DNA of 64,000 nucleotides. Source: Erysipelotrichales bacterium (GTDB lineage: Bacteria; Bacillota_I; Bacilli_A; RFN20; CAG-826). The stretch spans positions 39,769 to 103,768 of the forward strand of contig JAFLVA010000003.1 in assembly GCA_022508525.1 (NCBI GenBank), read 5' to 3'. Each line of letters begins with the position of its first letter. Positions within the stretch are counted from its first letter, which is position 1. Positions 1 to 7,988 of the stretch are shown piece after piece. Both the position numbers and the translations under genes were made by a program. The notes beneath the pieces were generated by a model, which ran no database searches, was not told the origin of the DNA, and saw nothing but the letters and a program-made list of their open reading frames with translations.

Positions 1-466
1 TAATTATGGCGCCATCTTCCTTTTCACATATATATAATGCAATTTCTTTTTTTCCTACAATTAAGTAAAACAAATATTTTGAGCTTGTTTTGCATTTAAC
101 TGAATTATTCTTAAATGTGTTATAATCAGTACTCGAAGGAAAAACATAATCAGAAGGATGAAAATGCCAATCGCCTAGGTACATTGTAGTATTATCACAT
201 TTCCAAATAGAGTTGACAATTTCTATGTGATTTGGATCTAATCTACTATAACTAGTTGATGTAACACGATCAAAATATTGCTGATTTGTAATTCCTGAGA
301 TAATATATTCGTTTTTTTCTTTGATTTTAAATCCATACAAAATGCCTCCACTTTCTAAATGAGAATTTGTTACTTTAAAAAGACTTTTAATTACATCAGT
401 TTTTATAACTATTGATAGTCTTTTATATGTTATTACTACGTTTTCCACATATATCGCATCCTTCAT
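1..466 (-). CDS. cap3: CBASS Cap3-like JAB/JAMM metallopeptidase; C-terminus runs off the window, not in ORF track
   Basis: Hand translation of minus strand from ATG at 466-464: MKDAIYVENVV..HLESGGILYGF..LGDWHFHPSDYVFPSSTDYNTF.. carries the full JAMM motif E..HxHx7Sx2D. Start overlaps the cap2 stop by 44 nt. In-frame stop upstream at 491-493. Confidence 0.8.
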   Translation of the reverse strand, partial: MKDAIYVENVVITYKRLSIVIKTDVIKSLFKVTNSHLESGGILYGFKIKEKNEYIISGITNQQYFDRVTSTSYSRLDPNHIEIVNSIWKCDNTTMYLGDWHFHPSDYVFPSSTDYNTFKNNSVKCKTSSKYLFYLIVGKKEIALYICEKEDGAII

Positions 467-2093
467 AAACAAAATCTTTAGATATAGAATCTAATTCCTC
501 CTGAGTGTAGTTTGCATACTTTGTCAGCTTGTATCCATCCTGCAGATACTTTTTAAAGTTACCTTTTCTTATGAAATGCTTATTTCCCAAGGGGGAATAA
601 CTGCTATAATCATTTAATAATAAGTCTACAATTGAAGTGGCCAATCTAACTGTGGATACTTTCCCATAGGGAGTATAACTGCCTGCACATACATTATTTC
701 TAATTTTATAATCTACATCATCGGTAGTAAAATGAATATTGTTTGTTGATTTGCATAGGCAATTGTAACATCCAGGTTTTGATGTATCTATTGTTAGAAT
801 ATGTTCTGCGATTCCGTAAGGTTCAAGCCAACCAAAAATAAGCTTCGTATTAATATTATTGTCATAAATGTATTTATTTATATATTTGTGTAGAATATTA
901 TTTCCTACACAAACTATAATATATTTATATTTTTTTAGATTTAATTTAGTGCATTTTAAAAGTTCTACAATGTTTTCTTTATAAATTGTTATATTTACAT
1001 CAGGATATTTAAATTCTGTGAAACATTTTAAAACTTCAGCTTTATTGCTTTCTTCTAAATGATTTAAGTATATAAAACCTGTTAAATTTCTGTATGTGTT
1101 TTCATATTTCAAAAGATCGTAGTCGACTATGGATAAATTTAAAAATCCAGAGCTTGAAAGCAGTTCAACCACTTCGCTCCCAACAGATCCACATCCAATG
1201 ACTAATACATCTTCATCGGCCTGTATGCTTCCACCTCTAGTTCTCAAAAATTCAAAAGAAATATCACGAACATTATATATTTTTATGCATGTGTCAAAAG
1301 TAGAAATATTATTTTTATATACAATACTTTTATTTTGTTCTAACTCTGTAAGAAAGTAATTTTTAATTCCGTTATCAAGTTTATATTCACATAAAAAAAA
1401 TTGCGCTTTATTCATTTCTTTTTCCATTTTTTTCTGTGATGACTTGGTAAGACAATTATATAATTCATTGATCATCAAATTGCTGGTAGTAATCTTAGGT
1501 AAAGAGTGTAACTCTAAATGAATATAATTTCTGAATGGATAATTTTTATTTGAGTTTTTTTTATAACATTTGTATAGTGTAGAATCAATCCCGATTAATA
1601 TTCTATTTTCCTCAATAACTAATTGGCCTTTGTCGCCATTAATTGATGAACATAATAGACATTTTTTTTCGCAATAATTCAAATAAAAAGGTAGATAGTC
1701 ATTAAATTCGTATTTGATTTCTTTTGAGTTTTCTTCTTCTGAAACTAATAAAAGGTTTCTCAGAGAATTAATAGTTTTTATAATTACTTCTTCCTCATTC
1801 TCTATGTCATAGTCAATATCTTCTTGATTTTGAAGACAAACAACACCTTTTTTGTCAATGTGCGAATGAATTAAATCTGTAAGAACCGTTAGTTTTGGTA
1901 AGTGAATTGGAAAATATTTTGGAAGGAACAATTCAAATTTTTCCCCTAAGAAATCAAATGTACAAATAAATTGCGAGTCATGATTATTATATAATTTGCT
2001 TTTATCGGCTATTACAATATTCTCTATACCGATTATTTTTTCTAATATATTTTTATAATCAGGCATATTTTGCACTTTTTGAGAAAGACTCAT
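423..2093 (-). CDS. cap2: CBASS Cap2-like E2/E1 fusion (ubiquitin-transferase-like)
   Basis: 556 aa. N-terminal E2-like HIDKKGVVCL. ThiF/E1 Rossmann DVLVIGCGSVGSEVVELLSSSGF..IVDYD. Cys cluster PGCYNCLC. RBS GAGGA 5 nt upstream of ATG 2093. Sits between CD-NTase and JAB genes. Confidence 0.8.
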   Translation of the reverse strand: MSLSQKVQNMPDYKNILEKIIGIENIVIADKSKLYNNHDSQFICTFDFLGEKFELFLPKYFPIHLPKLTVLTDLIHSHIDKKGVVCLQNQEDIDYDIENEEEVIIKTINSLRNLLLVSEEENSKEIKYEFNDYLPFYLNYCEKKCLLCSSINGDKGQLVIEENRILIGIDSTLYKCYKKNSNKNYPFRNYIHLELHSLPKITTSNLMINELYNCLTKSSQKKMEKEMNKAQFFLCEYKLDNGIKNYFLTELEQNKSIVYKNNISTFDTCIKIYNVRDISFEFLRTRGGSIQADEDVLVIGCGSVGSEVVELLSSSGFLNLSIVDYDLLKYENTYRNLTGFIYLNHLEESNKAEVLKCFTEFKYPDVNITIYKENIVELLKCTKLNLKKYKYIIVCVGNNILHKYINKYIYDNNINTKLIFGWLEPYGIAEHILTIDTSKPGCYNCLCKSTNNIHFTTDDVDYKIRNNVCAGSYTPYGKVSTVRLATSIVDLLLNDYSSYSPLGNKHFIRKGNFKKYLQDGYKLTKYANYTQEELDSISKDFVYEGCDICGKRSNNI

Positions 2094-3003
2094 TGCTTTC
2101 CTCTTTTTCTGGCTCTGGGAAGTCTGGAAATATTTTTCTCAGTATACAGCAACATTCATATAAACTGGATTTTTTAATATTTTTAGCTTCAATTAATGTA
2201 TTATGTAATTTTTTCACTTCTTCTAAAAATATTGATACGCATTTTTCATCAGCGTCCATTTTATAATAGATATTATCCGAAGAAAACGGATGACATTTGG
2301 ATATGTGACCATTAATAACTAAGTTTTTTAGCCTGTTTGCAATTTCGATAAGTGTGTCTAAATCATTGTCAAAAAAGAAAGAATCAAACCATTCTTTTGC
2401 TTCTAACGTTAAGGCAATACTTGGGGTTTTTGAATTTTTTCTTTTATTTGCAAATGCGTTGTTATTCCATTTTTTAAGAAGTCTAATTATTCTCTTATAA
2501 TCAGTGTTTTTTGATTGCAAATACTCTATTAAATCATTTGGTTTAGATTCGACCCATTTGACATCATCTTGCTTTCCATCTGCCAAATAATATTTTTTTG
2601 TTTGATCATCATAGGCAAAAATTGGAAAATCAATATGATAATTAGGATTACCATCTTTTATATATATGGCTGTTAGACATTTTGTTTTAAATTTTTTCTC
2701 CTTATGATTAGATATAGCATCATAAACAGATTTTTTGCATTCATTTGCATCGTATTTTTCTAAATCTGATTCTAGAATATTAAGTCTTATACCACAATCA
2801 ATGTCATAGTCATTATCTTTATATTTTACGCCTGTCTTTAATTTATAACTTCCCAAATTAATATAACTAAATGTTAAGTTATCCAAATTATTTTTAATCT
2901 CATCTAAAGTGATATCCCTTTTTTCTCTCATTTTGTCATAATCACTATCATGTAGCATTATTGAATCATTATAGTCTTTAAATAAATCATTTAAATCTTT
3001 CAT
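2059..3003 (-). CDS. CD-NTase (cGAS/DncV-like nucleotidyltransferase)
   Basis: 314 aa. GS..DxD active-site pattern GSYKLKTGVKYKDNDYDIDCGI, third acidic site HIDFPIF, IIRLLKKWNN helix typical of CD-NTases. ATGA overlap with upstream SAVED gene. Ends in TGA. Confidence 0.8.
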   Translation of the reverse strand: MKDLNDLFKDYNDSIMLHDSDYDKMREKRDITLDEIKNNLDNLTFSYINLGSYKLKTGVKYKDNDYDIDCGIRLNILESDLEKYDANECKKSVYDAISNHKEKKFKTKCLTAIYIKDGNPNYHIDFPIFAYDDQTKKYYLADGKQDDVKWVESKPNDLIEYLQSKNTDYKRIIRLLKKWNNNAFANKRKNSKTPSIALTLEAKEWFDSFFFDNDLDTLIEIANRLKNLVINGHISKCHPFSSDNIYYKMDADEKCVSIFLEEVKKLHNTLIEAKNIKKSSLYECCCILRKIFPDFPEPEKEESNESFSKSAKYA

Positions 3004-3773
3004 TTTTGTATTCTTCCTTCCTTAATGTTAATTTTCCATGTGTAGTTTCCGTTTTCATATTCGTAACAGTACACATTTGGGTGATGCTTTTGTATTGAAC
3101 TACCAATCGTAAAAGCAATAGATTGCCTTGCTGCAACGTATAAATGTATGTTTTTTACATTTTTGTAATCTAAGTAATCAAATAGTTTTAAACATTCTTC
3201 ATAAACAAAATCCAAATATTCTTTGGAAATTACCTCGTTTTTCATCCTTACATTAAGAAATATTGAATTTCTTTTAGGTAATTTATCAGTGCTTATATCA
3301 TATGAACTATTTATAACGACATTGATGTCTTCTAATGAATTTTCGATTTCATAATTGATGTCATAATCGATGTGTTTTTTGCTGCTTTTTACTATATATT
3401 TTTTATTAGTATTTTTGTTGTTTTCCAAAAAAACAATGTTTGCTTTGTTGCTTGCCATATACCCATCATAAATCGCTAATGGCACGCTAACGCATCCAGT
3501 ATAATAAAGTGTTTTAGAATATTTTTTACTTTTATTAAATCTTTTCCAAATATACTTCATTTTTTTTAAATGGAGCTTATAATACTTATCGTTTAACGTA
3601 TATAGTTGTATTACATTGCTATTTTGCAGTCCAATTTCTTTTTCAAATGTGCGCATATCTTCACCTAAAAATTTTTTATTACAATTAACATAAATAATGT
3701 TTTTATCATATTGTTTTTTGATTTTTTTGTAAATTTCTATTAGTTGCCAAACAAATTTAAATAGTTCTATCAT
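3000..3773 (-). CDS. SAVED-domain protein (cyclic-oligonucleotide sensor) with no recognisable fused effector; ORF track extends to 3848
   Basis: Two CARF-like halves: YYTGCVSVPLAIYDGYM and IHLYVAARQSIAFTIGSSIQKHHPNVYCYEY. Preferred start is ATG 3773 with AAAGGGGGGG SD-like run upstream. The 25-codon extension to 3848 has no SD and coincides with promoter/CIRCE-like sequence. Confidence 0.6.
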   Translation of the reverse strand: MIELFKFVWQLIEIYKKIKKQYDKNIIYVNCNKKFLGEDMRTFEKEIGLQNSNVIQLYTLNDKYYKLHLKKMKYIWKRFNKSKKYSKTLYYTGCVSVPLAIYDGYMASNKANIVFLENNKNTNKKYIVKSSKKHIDYDINYEIENSLEDINVVINSSYDISTDKLPKRNSIFLNVRMKNEVISKEYLDFVYEECLKLFDYLDYKNVKNIHLYVAARQSIAFTIGSSIQKHHPNVYCYEYENGNYTWKINIKEGRIQK

Positions 3774-3800
3774 GCGATATGTCCCCCCCTTTGTTACTAT

Positions 3801-3830
3801 ATTATATAAACAAATTAGCACTGTTGTCAA
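3801..3830 (-). promoter_or_regulatory. Putative sigma-70-type promoter of the CBASS operon
   Basis: Minus-strand read TTGACA (3830-3825), then 16-18 nt, then TATATA/TATAAT (3808-3801), followed by a G-rich SD and ATG 3773. Confidence 0.5.
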
Positions 3831-3841
3831 CAAAGTGCTAA
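3815..3841. promoter_or_regulatory. CIRCE-like inverted repeat (HrcA-operator-like) overlapping the CBASS -35 box
   Basis: Plus strand reads TTAGCACTG-TTGTCAACA-AAGTGCTAA versus consensus TTAGCACTC-N9-GAGTGCTAA (16/18). Arms are self-complementary at 8/9. Layout matches the distal clpB CIRCE at 20429-20455. Confidence 0.6.
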
Positions 3842-3913
3842 AAAACATTTGCTGAAAGTTGTCAAATTGTTAATTTTGCGGCAAAAACGGAATAATTATC
3901 TCAGTTTTATACA

Positions 3914-3941
3914 TTGAAATAGTACAACTTTATGATAAAAT
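3914..3941 (+). promoter_or_regulatory. Putative promoter of the helicase-nuclease gene
   Basis: TTGAAA, 16 nt, TGaTAAAAT (extended -10); AGGAG RBS 7 nt before ATG 3970. Such matches are common in AT-rich DNA. Confidence 0.35.
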
Positions 3942-3969
3942 TATTTTAATAAGTGCTTAGGAGTAAACT

Positions 3970-6900
3970 ATGAAGACTTTATTAAATAATTACTGCTTTT
4001 CTGAAAAAAAAGGTGGGTTATTATTGATAGATATGCCTACTGGTATAGGAAAAACACATGATGCTATTGAGTTCATATATGAAAACTATAAGAAAGCAAA
4101 AAATAAGATTATTTTCATTACTAATTTAAAGAAAAATTTACCTATAGCAGATTTACAAGAATATTTTAAAAAAGATAATAGGTTAGATGAGTTTGAAAAC
4201 GATGTCTTGTTTTTAGATAATAATGTTGATACTCTCATTGATCACTTCGATGAAGTTAAAACTTTAATACCAAGAGATAAATTTAATAAAAATGGTATTT
4301 TAAACAACGTGGAGACTTGCATTAATATTATACACACGCTCAAACCCGCTTTGAATAAAAGAAAAGATATGGCAAGAGATATTGTTTCAAAAGATAATAC
4401 TATTTTTATTATAAACCAAGCCAAAGAAAACCTTAGAGATAAATATGAAAAGGAGTTTAGATTAGTAATTGAAGAAGTATTAAAAATTGATGCTGATGGA
4501 AAGAAAAGAACAAAAGCGCAAAAATTACAACTCATCAAAGATGATTCTGATTATCAATGGATTTCAAAACTTTATCCAGCTGTATTCACTGATGAAAAGA
4601 AAATACTTTTTATGAGTATTGATAAATTTCTTGTTAGAAATTCAACAATTATTGAGCCTTCATATAATTTCCTTGATAATAAATCATTATTAAACGATTC
4701 CATTATTTTTATTGATGAGTTTGATTCAAGCAAAGAAATTTTTTTAAATAATATAATAGATGATTGTTTAAACACTGAAATAGGAATAATTGAATTATTC
4801 CGTATAATTTATTCTGGGTTGGAAACTACTAATTTTTCAAGATTATTAACAGAAGTATCTAAAAAACTATTTGACAATATAAATAATAAAAAATTACGTT
4901 ACTATACGCCAGAGAAGATACTGAATGAGTTTAGTGCGCGAGCAAAAGAAATTGAAGAAAAATATAATCTTGTTGATTTTCATAAACTTGAGGTTTCAGA
5001 AAAAGAAAAGGCAAACTTTTTGTTTCAGGATTATCAATTTCATACAGTTCTAAATGATGAGAAAAAATTTGTTTATTTTGAAAACGACCATAAACAGCAT
5101 ATAAACTGGATAAAAAGTTCCAACAGTAAAAAAACAACTGAGGAGGAAAGTCTTTTTTCATTGCTTAATGAAATTAAATCTTTTTTAGTGTATTTCCAAA
5201 ATGGAGTTAAGTTAATTGCGGATAACTATTTATCATTAAAGAATGATAGAAATCAAGAAACAAATAATTTTTCTTATGAAGCCGCTGTAAAAACAGTTTT
5301 ATCAGAGTTTGGTATTGATGGGAAATATTTAAATTACTTAACCAGTCAAATTCTTAACACAAAGAAAACAAAATCGGTTAAACTAGTTGATTTAAAAAGT
5401 GAACTAGATTGCTCAGTTTATGAAAAAGGATTTAGATTTTATAATTTAATAGATAATGATAGTTTTGATACTCAATCAAAAATTAATTTAATATCTTTTA
5501 ATATATCGCCAGAAAAACTATTAATTTATTTATGCTCAAACTCTAAAGTAGTGGGTATATCCGCAAGTGGCACTTTAAATACAGTTACTGGCAACTATGA
5601 TCTTCCTTATGTTAAAAGTAAATTAGGACATTTATACTACGAATTAAGTCGGGATGAACAAGATAGAATTAACAATTTTGTTATGAAAAATTTAGGTGAT
5701 TATAGTAATGTGAAAATTGATATTGATAAATGTATTATTAATGATAAAAATTATTATGATGTTATACAAAATTTTTTGACTGAAGATGAGTTTAAGTTAA
5801 TCAAAAAGAAAATTGATAAAATTACTACAGAAGACTATATGAAATCAAGATATTGCAAAGTTACGTATGCAATTCATAACTTTTTTGTAAGAAATATAAA
5901 TTCATTTTTATTTTTAACAAATGTGTCGATGAATAATAGTATGAATTTTAATTACGAAGTAGTTAAATTTATATTTAAAACATTAAAAACAAAGTATTGT
6001 AAAAATGCATATTTATATTCTTTAGATGGTCCGTTAGATAAATTTGAAAATTTAAAAGAAAATATTTTTAGTAAATTGAAAGAAGGAAATGATGTGTTTG
6101 TAGTTTCGTCCTATCAATCAATTGGAGCCGGTCAAAACTTACAATACGAATATAATGAAATGTATGAAGATTTATTGGAAACAATAAAAGATAGTTCATA
6201 TGGAAAAAAATATAAAGACTTTGATGCTTTATTTTTGGATAAGCCAACTAATTTGTTTGTAAATATGAATTCTAGCCCAACAGAAGAGCAATTACTAAAA
6301 TTTATATATCAAATTAAGTGTCTAGAGGAAGTTGGTTTTTTTACTCTTGAACAAGCGAATATTGAGATAAAAAAAGGAATTAAAAGATTATATCATACTT
6401 CTACTCAAAGAATTAGAACTCCAAGGTCAAAACATTTATATATGCATACTGCTAAAATTATTTTACAAGCAATTGGAAGAATATGTAGAACTAATAAAAA
6501 GAATAAAAACATTTATATTTCCTTTGATCAACAAATGGAAACCGAGCTAGCAATTTGTAAAGAAGATCTTCTCAACATACAAATTAATTATGAACTAAGA
6601 AAATTGCTAAGTGAGTGTAAAAATATAAAAATTATTGATGATCAAAGCATACATAATGTAAACAATTCGAAAATTAGAAAAATTAATGATAGATTAGAGA
6701 CTCTAAAACAGTTTAAATTTGAAAGTGATATTGAAAAATGGGAGGAATTGAGAGATGTTGTTTTAAAACATCCGTACGATAATGATGAAATACATTTTAA
6801 ATATGATATATATGTTGAGTTAAAGGAAGCTAGTAATCATTATTATTACAATTTAAATGAATACAATGAAATAAACGTTACATATAGTATGCCTAATGAT

Positions 6901-7431
6901 TTTTGCATATGTGAAAATTCCTCCAATTTAAAAACGCTTATGTCCATAAATGGTGTTAAAGATTATTTTGAACTAAAAGGTTATGCAACCTCATTTCAAA
7001 AATCAAGATATATTCTTTTTCCGAATGTTTTTAATAGAATATATCTTGGTGCATTAGGCGAGGTTGTTGGTGAGTTTTTAGTGAACAAAATATTGGAACC
7101 TTTCAATTTTAAACTTGAACGCATTAGGGAACTAGAAAGATATGAAAAATTCGATTTTGTTTTTGATAATGATAAATATATTGATTTTAAATATTGGAGC
7201 GGAATGAATGATAAAGAAAGAACCGCTGAAGTAAATAGAGCATTAAAAAAATTAGATAAATGCCAGGGTAAAATATGCTACATAATTAACATACTCAAAC
7301 CAGAAAATTATGATCCTAAACTTTACATAAGTGCAGATTCAAGATTAATTATAATTCCTTATTTATATAATCCCGAAACTTGCAAATTTAATAATAATGC
7401 TATAGAGTTGCTTTTAAAAAACAGCTTTTAA
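3970..7431 (+). CDS. SF2 helicase (DinG/XPD-like motif pattern) fused to a C-terminal PD-(D/E)xK-like nuclease domain
   Basis: 1153 aa. Motif I DMPTGIGKTH, motif II IIFIDEFDSS, motif III GISASGTL, motif V-like SSYQSIGAGQNL, motif VI LQAIGRICRT. C-terminus GALGEVVGEFL..EKFDFVF..YIDFKYW fits a D..(D/E)xK nuclease core. Confidence 0.65.
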   Translation: MKTLLNNYCFSEKKGGLLLIDMPTGIGKTHDAIEFIYENYKKAKNKIIFITNLKKNLPIADLQEYFKKDNRLDEFENDVLFLDNNVDTLIDHFDEVKTLIPRDKFNKNGILNNVETCINIIHTLKPALNKRKDMARDIVSKDNTIFIINQAKENLRDKYEKEFRLVIEEVLKIDADGKKRTKAQKLQLIKDDSDYQWISKLYPAVFTDEKKILFMSIDKFLVRNSTIIEPSYNFLDNKSLLNDSIIFIDEFDSSKEIFLNNIIDDCLNTEIGIIELFRIIYSGLETTNFSRLLTEVSKKLFDNINNKKLRYYTPEKILNEFSARAKEIEEKYNLVDFHKLEVSEKEKANFLFQDYQFHTVLNDEKKFVYFENDHKQHINWIKSSNSKKTTEEESLFSLLNEIKSFLVYFQNGVKLIADNYLSLKNDRNQETNNFSYEAAVKTVLSEFGIDGKYLNYLTSQILNTKKTKSVKLVDLKSELDCSVYEKGFRFYNLIDNDSFDTQSKINLISFNISPEKLLIYLCSNSKVVGISASGTLNTVTGNYDLPYVKSKLGHLYYELSRDEQDRINNFVMKNLGDYSNVKIDIDKCIINDKNYYDVIQNFLTEDEFKLIKKKIDKITTEDYMKSRYCKVTYAIHNFFVRNINSFLFLTNVSMNNSMNFNYEVVKFIFKTLKTKYCKNAYLYSLDGPLDKFENLKENIFSKLKEGNDVFVVSSYQSIGAGQNLQYEYNEMYEDLLETIKDSSYGKKYKDFDALFLDKPTNLFVNMNSSPTEEQLLKFIYQIKCLEEVGFFTLEQANIEIKKGIKRLYHTSTQRIRTPRSKHLYMHTAKIILQAIGRICRTNKKNKNIYISFDQQMETELAICKEDLLNIQINYELRKLLSECKNIKIIDDQSIHNVNNSKIRKINDRLETLKQFKFESDIEKWEELRDVVLKHPYDNDEIHFKYDIYVELKEASNHYYYNLNEYNEINVTYSMPNDFCICENSSNLKTLMSINGVKDYFELKGYATSFQKSRYILFPNVFNRIYLGALGEVVGEFLVNKILEPFNFKLERIRELERYEKFDFVFDNDKYIDFKYWSGMNDKERTAEVNRALKKLDKCQGKICYIINILKPENYDPKLYISADSRLIIIPYLYNPETCKFNNNAIELLLKNSF

Positions 7432-7444
7432 AGGTTTTATATAA

Positions 7445-7468
7445 ACTTACATGTGTAAGTACTTTTTT
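7445..7468 (+). terminator. Rho-independent terminator after the helicase-nuclease gene
   Basis: ACTTAC-ATGT-GTAAGT hairpin followed by a T6 run. Confidence 0.45.
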
Positions 7469-7651
7469 GTTAGATATGATATTAGAGTTACTCATTTACA
7501 TTAGAATTATGTTTTTAAGTTTTACATATTATTTGAATTCATCATATTTACAAATTAATATTTTGTTACCGTCTCATTGAATATGATCGCCAAATTGACA
7601 ATCTCCACAAGTGAATTTATGTTATTACAATTGTTTATTTGAGTAATGTTT

Positions 7652-7977
7652 TTATAGCTTGTTATATTTTGTGGATACACCTTTAGCTTTATCAACGGGA
7701 TACTTTTTTTCTGTTTTATCCATTTTTTCATTTATGATTTCTAAAATGTCTACATTTACGACTAGAGACATTTGAATGCAATAATTCATTACATCTGCCA
7801 ATTCTTCTTTAACTTCTTCAATATCATATTCATTATCGTTCCATTGAAAACATTTTAATAATTCATTCGCTTCAATAGAAATAGATTTTGCTAAATTAGA
7901 TGGAGTATGGAATTTATCCCAATCTCTGTCTTTATTAAATTTATCGATTCGTTTTTTAATAATTTTAATTTGTCCAT
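7652..7977 (-). pseudogene. MazG-like all-alpha NTP pyrophosphohydrolase (DCTPP1-like), frameshifted in a 5' A6 tract
   Basis: GAGGA RBS + ATG 7977, giving MDKLKLLK. The frame breaks at A6 (plus-strand T6 7952-7957). The shifted frame reads KKRIDKFNKDRDWDKFHTPSNLAKSISIEANELLKCFQW..EELADVMNYCIQMS..KYPVDKAKG..* with no further lesions. Not in ORF track. Confidence 0.7.
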
Positions 7978-7988
7978 ACTTATATCCT

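Noticed and set aside
1129-1359. Short antisense or embedded ORFs from the track: 1129-1359, 4242-4538, 4572-4775, 4931-5161, 9430-9681, 10348-10773, 11401-11646, 11816-12022, 12739-13002, 18673-19107, 19313-19986, 33655-34269, 49413-49595 and similar.
   Set aside because: They lie wholly inside or opposite longer ORFs with clear family motifs. They have low-complexity or hydrophobic compositions typical of AT-rich antisense frames, and they lack SD sequences.
3774-3848. N-terminal extension of the SAVED ORF encoding a hydrophobic helix (MFFSTLLTTVLICLYNIV), which would make a TM-SAVED effector.
   Set aside because: No SD precedes ATG 3848. The segment contains a consensus -35/-10 pair, a CIRCE-like 27-mer and a strong G-rich SD before ATG 3773. 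Not fully excluded; it is listed as an alternative in the findings.
7469-7651. Unannotated 180-nt gap after the helicase gene, inspected for a small gene or ncRNA.
   Set aside because: No ORF with SD, no conserved-looking structure or repeat could be supported by eye. It is probably a degraded intergenic remnant.
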